Part shown: positions 47,930-57,661 of the stretch, piece by piece
How positions within the stretch are numbered: the first letter of the stretch is position 1
How the letters are laid out: each line of letters starts with the position of its first letter
Assembly: GCA_964016885.1 (NCBI GenBank)
Contig: OZ024743.1
Coordinates: 134,478,001 to 134,542,000 of the forward strand
Length of the DNA: 64,000 nucleotides
Direction of reading: 5' to 3'
Source of the DNA: Eledone cirrhosa
Taxonomy: Eukaryota
Made by a program: the position numbers and the translations under genes
The notes under the pieces: model-generated
What the model was told of the DNA's origin: nothing
What the model saw: the letters and a program-made list of their open reading frames with translations, nothing else
Database searches by the model: none

Positions 47930-47969
47930 ACCAAGCACCAAGCACCAAGCTTGGTGCTTGGTGCTTGGT
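47930..47969. repeat. Spacerless strand-switch junction; perfect 40-bp palindrome centred on AAGCTT (47947-47952)
   Basis: The sequence reads ACCAAGCACCAAGCACCAAG|CTTGGTGCTTGGTGCTTGGT. The first break of symmetry is the A at 47970, against C at 47929. Confidence 0.96.
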
Positions 47970-50900
47970 ATTTGGTGCTTGGTGCTTGGTGTTTGGTGTT
48001 TGGCGCTTGGTGCTTGGTGTTTGGTGCTTGGTGCTGCTTGGTGTTTGGTGCTTGGCGTTTGGTGCTTGGAGCTTGGTGCTTGGTTTTTGGTGCTTGGTGC
48101 TTGGTGCTTGGTGCTTGGTGTCTGGTGCTTGGTGTTTGGTGCTTGGTGTTTGGTGCTTGGTGCTTGGTGCTTGGTGTTTGGTGCTTGGTGTTTGGTGCTT
48201 GGTGCTTGGTGCTAGGTGTTTGGTGTTTAGTGTTTGGCGCTTGGTGCTTGGTGTTTGGTGATTGGTGCTTGGTGTTTGGTGTCTGGTGATTGGTGCTTGG
48301 TGTTTGGTGTTTGGTGCTTGTCGCTTGGTGTTTGGTGTTTGGTGATTGGCGTTTGCTGTTTGGCGTTTGGAGTTTGGCATTTGCTGTTTGGCGTATGGGG
48401 CTTGGTGTTTGCTTTTTGGTGTTTGCTGTTTGGTGTTTGGTGCTTGGTGTTTGGTGTTTGGTACTTGGTGTTTGGTGCTTGGTGTTTGGTGTTTGGTGCT
48501 TGGCGCTTGGTGTTTGGTGTTTGGGGCTTGGCGTTTGCTGTTTGGCGTTTGGGTTTTGGCATTTGCTGTTTGGCGTTTGGGGTTTGGCGTTTGCTTTTTG
48601 GCGTTTGCTGTTTGGTGTTTGCTGTTTGGTGTTTGCTGTTTGGTGTTTGCTGTTTGGTGTTTGGTGTTTGGTGTTTGCTGGTTGGTGTTTGGTGTTTGGT
48701 GTTTGCTGTTTGGTGTTTGCTGTTTGGTGCTTGGTGCTTGGTGTTTGGTGTATGGTGCTTGGTGCTTGGTGCTTGGTGTTTGGTGCTTGGTGCTTGGTGT
48801 TTGGTGCTTGGGGCTTGGTGCTTGGTGTTTGGTGCTTGGTGTTTTGTGCTTGGTGCTTGGTGCTTGGGGTTGGGTGTTTGGTGCTTGGTGTTTGCTGTTT
48901 GGTGCTTGGTGCTTTGTGTTTGGTGCTTGGTGCTTGGTGCTTAGTGCTTGGTGTTTGGTGTTTAGTGCTTGGTGCTTGGTGTTTGGTGTTTGGTGCTTGG
49001 TGCTTGGTGTTTGGTGCTTGGTATTTGGTGCTTGGTGCTTAGTGTCTGGTGCTTGGTGCTTGGTGCTTGGTGTCTGGTGCTTGGTGCTTGGTGTTTGGTG
49101 TTTGGTGCTTGGTGCTTGGTGTTTGGTGTTAAGTGTTTGGTGCTTGGTACTTGTTGTTTTGTGTTTGGTGCTTCGTGCTTGGTGCTTGGTGTTTGGTGCT
49201 TGGTGCTTGATGCTTGGTGCTTGGTGCTTGGTGCTTGGTGTTTGGTGTTTGGTGCTTGGTGCTTGGTGTTTGGTGATTGGTGCTTGGTACTTGGTGTTTG
49301 GTGCTCGGTGCTTGGTGCTTGGTGTTTTGTGCTTGGTTTTTGGTGTTTGGTCTTTGGCGCTTGGTGCTTGGTGTTTGGTGCTTGGTGCTTGGTATTTTGT
49401 GTTTGGCGTTTGGTGTTTGGTGCTTGGTGCTTGGTGCTTGATTTTTGGTGTTTGGTGCTTGGTGCTTGGTGTTTGGTGTTTGGTGATTGGTGCTTGGTGT
49501 TTGGTGCTTGGGACTTGGTGCTTGGTACTTGGTGATTGGTGTTTGGTGCTTGGTGCTTGGTATTTGGTGCTTGGTCTTTGGTGCTTGGTGTTTGGTGCTT
49601 GGTGCATGGTGCTTGGTGTTTGGTGCTTGGTGCTTGGTCCTAGGTGTTTGGTGTTTAGTGCTTGGTGCTTGGTGATTGGTGCTTGTTGCTTGGTGCTTGG
49701 TGTTTGGTGCTTGGTGCTTGGTGTTTGGTGTTTTGTGTTTGCTGTTTGCTGTTTGGTGTTTGCTATTTGGTGTTTGCTGTTTGGTGTTTGCTGTTTGGTG
49801 TTTGCTGTTTGGTGTTTGGTGTTTGGTGTTTGGTGCTTGGTGCTTGGTGCTTGCTGTTTGGTGTTTGGTGCTTGGTGCTTGGTGTTTGGTGTTTGGTGCT
49901 TGGTGCTTGGTGTTTGGTGCTTGGTGCTTGCTGGTTGGCATTTGGTGTTTGGTGTTTGCTGTTTGGCGTTTGGTGTTTGGCGTTTAATGTTTGGCGTTTG
50001 GTGTTTGGTGTTTGGTATTTGCTGGTTGGTGTTTGGTGTTTGGTGTTTGCTGTTTGGTGTTTGCTGTTTGGTGTTTGCTGTTTGCTGTTTGGTGTTTGGT
50101 GTTTGGTTTTTGCTGTTTGGTGTTTGGTGCTTGGTGTTTGGTGCTTGGTGCTTGGTGTTTGGTGTTTAGTGCTTGGTATTTGGTGCTTGGTGTGTGGTGT
50201 TTGGCGCTTGGTGCTTGGTGTTTGGTGCTTGGTGCTTAGTGTTTGTTGTTTGGTGCTTGGTGTTTGGTGCTTGGTGCTTGGTGTCTGGTGCTTGGTGTTT
50301 GGTGCTTGGTGTTTGGTGCTTGGTGCTTGGTGCTTGGTGTTTGGTGCTTGGTATTTGGTGTTTGGTGCTTGGTGCTTGGTGTTTGGTGTTTGGTGCTTGG
50401 TGCTTGGTGTTTGGTGTTTGGTGCTTGGTGCTTGGTGTTTGGTGTTTGGTGTTTGGTGTTTGGTGTTTGGTGCTTGGTGCTTGGTGCTTGGTATTTGGTG
50501 CTTGGTGCTTGGTGTTTGGTGTTTGGCGCTTGGTGCTTGGTGTTTGGTGCTTGGTGCTTGGTGTTTGGTGTTTGGTGCTTGGTGTTTGGTGCTTGGAGCT
50601 TGGTGCTTGGTTTTTGGTGCTTGGTGCTTGGAGCTTGGTGCTTGGTGTCTGGTGCTTGGTGTTTGGTGCTTGGTGTTTGGTGCTTGGTGCTTGGTGCCTG
50701 GTGTTTGGTGCTTGGTGTTTGGTGCTTGGTACTTGGTGCTAGGTGTTTGGTGTTTGGTGTTTGGCACTTGGTGCTTGGTGTTTGGTGATTGGTGCTTGGT
50801 GTTTGGTACTTGGTGCTTGGTGCTTGGTGTTTGGTATTTGGTGCTTGGCGCTTGGTGTTTGGTGTTTGGCGCTTGGCGTTTGCTGTTTGGCGTTTGGGGT

Positions 50901-51275
50901 TTGGCATTTGCTGTTTGGCGTTTGCTGTTTGGTGTTTGCTGTTTGGTGTTTGGTGTTTGGTGTTTGCCGGTTGGTGTTTGGTGTTTGGTGTTTGCTGTTT
51001 GGTGTTTGCTGTTTGGTGCTTGGTGCTTGGTGTTTGGTGTATGGTGCTTGGTGCTTGGTGCTTGGTGTTTGGTGCTTGGTGCTTGGTGTTTGGTGCTTGG
51101 GGCTTGGTGCTTGGTGTTTGGTGCTTGGTGTTTGGTGTTTGGTGCTTGGTACTTGGTGTTTGGTGTTTGGTGCTTGGTGTTTGCTGTTTGGTGCTTGGTG
51201 CTTTGTGTTTGGTGCTTGGTGCTTGGTGCTTGGTGCTTGGTGCTTGGTGTTTGGTGTTTGGTGCTTGGTGCTTGA

Positions 51276-54200
51276 TGTTTGGTGTTTGGTGCTTGGTGCT
51301 TGGTGTTTGGTGCTTGGTGTTTGGTGCTTGGTGCTTGGTGTCTGGTGCTTGGTGCTTGGTGCTTGGTGTTTGGTGCTTGGTGTTTGGTGCTTGGTGTTTG
51401 GTGTTTGGTGCTTAGTGCTTGGTGTTTGGTGCTTGGTGCTTGGTGCTTGGTGTTTGGTGCTTGGTGCTTGGTGCTTGGTGCTTGGTGTTTCGTGTTTAGT
51501 GCTTGGTGCTTGGTATTTGGTGTTTGGTGCTTAGTGCTTGGTGTTTGGTGTTTGGTGCTTGGTGCTTGGTGTTTGGTGTTTGGTGTTTGCTGTTTGCTGT
51601 TTGGTGATTCGTAATTGGTGTTTGATGTTTGGTGTTTGGTGTTGGGTGTTTGGTGCTTGGGGCTTGGTGTTTGCTCTTTGGTGCTTGGTGATTGGTGTTT
51701 GGTGTTGGGTGCTTGGTGCTTGGTGTTTGGTGCTTGGTGCTTGGTGCTTGGTGTTTGGTGCTTTGTGTTTGTTGCTTGGTGCTTGGTGCTTGGCGATTGG
51801 TGCTTGGTGCTTGGTGTTTGATGTGGTGCTTGGTGTTTGGTGTTTGGTATTTGGTGCTTGGTGCTTCATGCTTGGTGTTTGGTGTTTGTTTTATGGTGCA
51901 TGGTGTTTGGTGCTTGGGATTTGGTGCTTGGTGCTTGGTGTTTGGTGTTTGGAGTTTGGTACTTGGTGCTTGGTGTTTGTGTTTGGTGCTTGGTGCTTGG
52001 TGTTTAGTGTTTAGTGATTGGTGCTTGGTTCTTGGTGTTTGGTGCTTGGTGCTTGGTGATTGGTGTTTGGTGCTTGGTGCTTGGTATTTGGTGCTTGGTC
52101 TTTGGTGCTTGGTGTTTGGTGCTTGGTGCTTGGTGCTTGGTGTTTGGTGCTTGTTGCTTGGCGTTTGGTGCTTGGTGCTTTGTGCTTGGTGTTTGGTGCT
52201 TGGTGCTTGGTGCTTGGTGTTTGGTGTTTAGTGCTTGGTGCTTGGTGATTGGTGCTTGTTGATTGGTGCTTGGTGTTTGGTGCTTGGTGCTTGGTGTTTG
52301 GTGTTTGGTGTTTGCTGTTTGCTGTTTGGTGTTTGCTGTTTGGTGTTTGTTGTTTGGTGTTTGCTGTTTGGTGTTTGCTATTTGGTGTTTGGTGTTTGGT
52401 GTTTGCTGTTTGGTGTTTGGTGTTTGCTGTTTGGCGTTTGGTGTTTGGCGTTTGCTGTTAGGCATCTGGTGGCTGGCATTTGCTGTTTGGCGTTTGTTGT
52501 TTGGTGTTTGGTGTTTGCTGTTTGCTGTTTGGTGTTTGCTGTTTGCTGTTTGTTTGGTGTTTGGTGTTTGGTGTTTGGTGTTTGGTGTTTGCTGTTTGGT
52601 GTTTGGTGTTTGGTGTTTGCTGTTTGGTGTTTGGTGTTTACTGTTTGGTGTTTGGTGTTTGTTGTTTGGTGATTCGTGTTTGCTGTTTGGTGTTTGGTGT
52701 TTGGTGATTGGTGTTTGCTGTTTGGTGTTTGGTGCCTGGTGTTTGGTGTTTGGTGATTGTTGCTTGGTGCTTGGTGTTTGGTGCTTGGTGCTTGGTGCTT
52801 GGTGCTTGGTGTTTGGTGTTTGGTGCTTGATGCTTGGTGTTTGGTGTTTGGCGATTGGTGTTTGGTGTTTGGTGCTTGGTGCTTGGTGCTTGGTGCTTGT
52901 TGTTTGGTGCTTGGTGCTTGGTGCTTGGTGTTTGGTGTTTAGTGTTTGCTGTTTGGTGTTTGGTGTTTGCTGTTTGGTGTTTGCTATTTGGTGTTTGCTG
53001 TTTGGTGTTTGCTGTTTGCTGTTTGCTGTGTGGTGTTTGGTGTTTGATGCTTGGTGCTTGGTTTTTTTCTCTTTGGTGCTTGGTGCTTGGTGTTTGGTGC
53101 TTGGTGCTTGGTGTTTGGTGTTTGGTGATTGGTGCTTGGTGTTTGGTGTTTGGTGCTTGGTGCTTGGTGTTTGGTGCTTGGTGCTTGGTGCTTGCTGCTT
53201 GGTGGTTGGTGCTTGGTGCTTGGTGTTTGGTGCTTGGTGCTTGGTGCTTGGTGTTTGGTGCTTGGTGCTTGGTGCTTGGTGTTTGCTGTTTAGTGCTTGG
53301 TGCTTGGTGTTTGCTGGTTGGTGTTTGGTGTTTGGTGTTTGCTGTTTGGTGTTTGCTGTTTGGTGTTTGCTGTTTGGTGTTTGGTGCTTGGTGCTTGGTG
53401 TCTGGTGATTGGTGTTTGGTGCTTGGTGTTTGGTGCTTGGTGCTTGGTGCTTGGTGTTTGGTGCTTGGTGCCTGGTGCTTGGTGCTTGGTATTTGGTGTT
53501 TGGTGGTTGGTGCTTGGTGTTTGGTGTTTGGTGCTTGGTGCTTGGTGTTTTGTGTTTGGTGCTTGGGGCTTGGTGTTTAGTGTTTGGTGTTTGGTGTTTG
53601 GTGTTTGGTGCTTGTTGCTTGGTGCTTGGTATTTGGTGCTTGGTGCTTGGTGATTGGTGCTTGGTGCTTGGTGTTTGGTGTTTGGTGCTTGGTGTTTGGT
53701 GCTTGGAGCTTGGTGCTTGGTTTTTGGTGCTTGGTGCTTAGTGCTTGGTGCTTGGTGTCTGGTGCTTGGTTTTTGGTGTTTGGTGTTTTGTGGTAGGTGC
53801 TTGGTACTTGGTGTTTTGTGTTTGGTGCTTGGTGCTTGGTGCTTGGTGCTTGGTGTTTGGTGTTTAGTGCTTGGTGCTTGGTATTTGGTGTTTGGTGCTT
53901 GGTGCTTGGTGTTTGGTGTTTGGTGCTTGGTGCTTGGTGTTTGGTGTTTGCTGCTTGGTTCTTGGTGTTTGGTGATTGGTGCTTGGTACTTGGTGTTTGG
54001 TGCTCGGTGCTTTGTGCTTGGTGTTTCATGCTTGGTGCTTGGTGTTTGGTCTTTGGCGCTTGGTGCTTGGTGTTTGGTGCTTGGTGCTTGGTGTTTGGTG
54101 TTTGGTGTTTGGTGCTTGGTGCTTGGTGCTTGGTGTTTGGTGTTTGCTGCTTGGTACTTGGTGCATGTTGCCTGGTGTTTGGTGTTCGGAGTTTGGTACT

Positions 54201-57200
54201 TGGTGCTTGGTGTTTGGTGTTTGGTGCTTGGTGCTTGGTGTTTGGTGTTTAGTGCTTGGTGCTTGGTGTTTGGTGTTTGGTGTTTAGTGCTTGGTGCTTG
54301 GTATTTGGTGTTTGGTGCTTGGTGCTTGGTGTTTGGTGTTTGGTGCTTGGAGCTTGGTGTTTGGTGTTTGCTGCTTGGTTCTTGGTGCTTGGTGCCTGGT
54401 GTTTGGTGTTCGGAGTTTGGTACTTGGTGCTTGGTGTTTGGTGTTTGGTGCTTGGTGCTTGGTGTTTGGTGTTTGGTGCTTGGTGCTTGGTGTTTGGTGC
54501 TTGGTGTTTGGTGCTTGGTGCTTGGTGTCTGGTGCTTGGTGCTTGGTGCTTGGTGTTTGGTGCTTGGTGTTTGGTGCTTGGTGTTTGGTGTTTGGTGCTT
54601 AGTGCTTGGTGTTTGGTGCTTGGTGCTTGGTGCTTGGTGTTTGGTGCTTGGTGCTTGGTGCTTGGTGCTTGGTGTTTCGTGTTTAGTGCTTGGTGCTTGG
54701 TATTTGGTGTTTGGTGCTTAGTGCTTGGTGTTTGGTGTTTGGTGCTTGGTGCTTGGTGTTTGGTGTTTGGTGTTTGCTGTTTGCTGTTTGGTGATTCGTA
54801 ATTGGTGTTTGATGTTTGGTGTTTGGTGTTGGGTGTTTGGTGCTTGGGGCTTGGTGTTTGCTCTTTGGTGCTTGGTGATTGGTGTTTGGTGTTGGGTGCT
54901 TGGTGCTTGGTGTTTGGTGCTTGGTGCTTGGTGCTTGGTGTTTGGTGCTTTGTGTTTGTTGCTTGGTGCTTGGTGCTTGGCGATTGGTGCTTGGTGCTTG
55001 GTGTTTGATGTGGTGCTTGGTGTTTGGTGTTTGGTATTTGGTGCTTGGTGCTTCATGCTTGGTGTTTGGTGTTTGTTTTATGGTGCATGGTGTTTGGTGC
55101 TTGGGATTTGGTGCTTGGTGCTTGGTGTTTGGTGTTTGGAGTTTGGTACTTGGTGCTTGGTGTTTGTGTTTGGTGCTTGGTGCTTGGTGTTTAGTGTTTA
55201 GTGATTGGTGCTTGGTTCTTGGTGTTTGGTGCTTGGTGCTTGGTGATTGGTGTTTGGTGCTTGGTGCTTGGTATTTGGTGCTTGGTCTTTGGTGCTTGGT
55301 GTTTGGTGCTTGGTGCTTGGTGCTTGGTGTTTGGTGCTTGTTGCTTGGCGTTTGGTGCTTGGTGCTTTGTGCTTGGTGTTTGGTGCTTGGTGCTTGGTGC
55401 TTGGTGTTTGGTGTTTAGTGCTTGGTGCTTGGTGATTGGTGCTTGTTGATTGGTGCTTGGTGTTTGGTGCTTGGTGCTTGGTGTTTGGTGTTTGGTGTTT
55501 GCTGTTTGCTGTTTGGTGTTTGCTGTTTGGTGTTTGTTGTTTGGTGTTTGCTGTTTGGTGTTTGCTATTTGGTGTTTGGTGTTTGGTGTTTGCTGTTTGG
55601 TGTTTGGTGTTTGCTGTTTGGCGTTTGGTGTTTGGCGTTTGCTGTTAGGCATCTGGTGGCTGGCATTTGCTGTTTGGCGTTTGTTGTTTGGTGTTTGGTG
55701 TTTGCTGTTTGCTGTTTGGTGTTTGCTGTTTGCTGTTTGTTTGGTGTTTGGTGTTTGGTGTTTGGTGTTTGGTGTTTGCTGTTTGGTGTTTGGTGTTTGG
55801 TGTTTGCTGTTTGGTGTTTGGTGTTTACTGTTTGGTGTTTGGTGTTTGTTGTTTGGTGATTCGTGTTTGCTGTTTGGTGTTTGGTGTTTGGTGATTGGTG
55901 TTTGCTGTTTGGTGTTTGGTGCCTGGTGTTTGGTGTTTGGTGATTGTTGCTTGGTGCTTGGTGTTTGGTGCTTGGTGCTTGGTGCTTGGTGCTTGGTGTT
56001 TGGTGTTTGGTGCTTGATGCTTGGTGTTTGGTGTTTGGCGATTGGTGTTTGGTGTTTGGTGCTTGGTGCTTGGTGCTTGGTGCTTGTTGTTTGGTGCTTG
56101 GTGCTTGGTGCTTGGTGTTTGGTGTTTAGTGTTTGCTGTTTGGTGTTTGGTGTTTGCTGTTTGGTGTTTGCTATTTGGTGTTTGCTGTTTGGTGTTTGCT
56201 GTTTGCTGTTTGCTGTGTGGTGTTTGGTGTTTGATGCTTGGTGCTTGGTTTTTTTCTCTTTGGTGCTTGGTGCTTGGTGTTTGGTGCTTGGTGCTTGGTG
56301 TTTGGTGTTTGGTGATTGGTGCTTGGTGTTTGGTGTTTGGTGCTTGGTGCTTGGTGTTTGGTGCTTGGTGCTTGGTGCTTGCTGCTTGGTGGTTGGTGCT
56401 TGGTGCTTGGTGTTTGGTGCTTGGTGCTTGGTGCTTGGTGTTTGGTGCTTGGTGCTTGGTGCTTGGTGTTTGCTGTTTAGTGCTTGGTGCTTGGTGTTTG
56501 CTGGTTGGTGTTTGGTGTTTGGTGTTTGCTGTTTGGTGTTTGCTGTTTGGTGTTTGCTGTTTGGTGTTTGGTGCTTGGTGCTTGGTGTCTGGTGATTGGT
56601 GTTTGGTGCTTGGTGTTTGGTGCTTGGTGCTTGGTGCTTGGTGTTTGGTGCTTGGTGCCTGGTGCTTGGTGCTTGGTATTTGGTGTTTGGTGGTTGGTGC
56701 TTGGTGTTTGGTGTTTGGTGCTTGGTGCTTGGTGTTTTGTGTTTGGTGCTTGGGGCTTGGTGTTTAGTGTTTGGTGTTTGGTGTTTGGTGTTTGGTGCTT
56801 GTTGCTTGGTGCTTGGTATTTGGTGCTTGGTGCTTGGTGATTGGTGCTTGGTGCTTGGTGTTTGGTGTTTGGTGCTTGGTGTTTGGTGCTTGGAGCTTGG
56901 TGCTTGGTTTTTGGTGCTTGGTGCTTAGTGCTTGGTGCTTGGTGTCTGGTGCTTGGTTTTTGGTGTTTGGTGTTTTGTGGTAGGTGCTTGGTACTTGGTG
57001 TTTTGTGTTTGGTGCTTGGTGCTTGGTGCTTGGTGCTTGGTGTTTGGTGTTTAGTGCTTGGTGCTTGGTATTTGGTGTTTGGTGCTTGGTGCTTGGTGTT
57101 TGGTGTTTGGTGCTTGGTGCTTGGTGTTTGGTGTTTGCTGCTTGGTTCTTGGTGTTTGGTGATTGGTGCTTGGTACTTGGTGTTTGGTGCTCGGTGCTTT

Positions 57201-57661
57201 GTGCTTGGTGTTTCATGCTTGGTGCTTGGTGTTTGGTCTTTGGCGCTTGGTGCTTGGTGTTTGGTGCTTGGTGCTTGGTGTTTGGTGTTTGGTGTTTGGT
57301 GCTTGGTGCTTGGTGCTTGGTGTTTGGTGTTTGCTGCTTGGTTCTTGGTGCATGTTGCCTGGTGTTTGGTGTTCGGAGTTTGGTACTTGGTGCTTGGTGT
57401 TTGGTGTTTGGTGCTTGGTGCTTGGTGTTTGGTGTTTAGTGCTTGGTGCTTGGTGTTTGGTGTTTGGTGTTTAGTGCTTGGTGCTTGGTATTTGGTGTTT
57501 GGTGCTTGGTGCTTGGTGTTTGGTGTTTGGTGCTTGGAGCTTGGTGTTTGGTGTTTGCTGCTTGGTTCTTGGTGCTTGGTGCCTGGTGTTTGGTGTTCGG
57601 AGTTTGGTACTTGGTGCTTGGTGTTTGGTGTTTGGTGCTTGGTGCTTGGTGTTTGGTGTTT
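51276..57661 (-). repeat. Tandem duplication, period 3187 bp (copies ~51276-54462 and ~54463-57661), with an internal 224-bp dimer
   Basis: ORF twins 51531/54718, 52263/55450, 53577/56764 and 54256/57443 are all +3187. The GTTCGGAG landmark has its C at 54187/54411 and 57374/57598. Confidence 0.9.

Larger units (their letters stand above)
1..47949 (+). repeat. 7-bp satellite array, C/A-rich orientation: (CACCAAG / CACCAAA)n with scattered variant units (CAGCAAA, CAACAAG, CCCCAAG, CACCAAT, CATCAAA, CACCAGG and others); open at the left window edge
   Basis: Heptamer periodicity is directly visible throughout. T is nearly absent on the + strand. No non-repeat interruption was seen. About 6850 units (47949/7). 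Confidence 0.98.

Noticed and set aside
47930-47969. Classical telomere-telomere fusion site
   Set aside because: The polarity is C-rich then G-rich, opposite to an end-to-end fusion, and the unit is not a telomere repeat I recognise.
47930-47969. Hairpin-telomere (protelomerase) replication junction or long-read fold-back chimera
   Set aside because: Both would give mirror-identical arms over kilobases. Here exact symmetry stops after 20 bp and the variant patterns differ. A scaffolding misjoin still needs read-level exclusion.
52455-52485. Possible foreign insertion or Chi site (TTAGGCATCTGGTGGCTGGC)
   Set aside because: It parses as in-register mutated heptamers (TTAGGCA TCTGGTG GCTGGCA). 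It contains TCTGGTGG rather than the E. coli Chi GCTGGTGG, and the context does not look bacterial.
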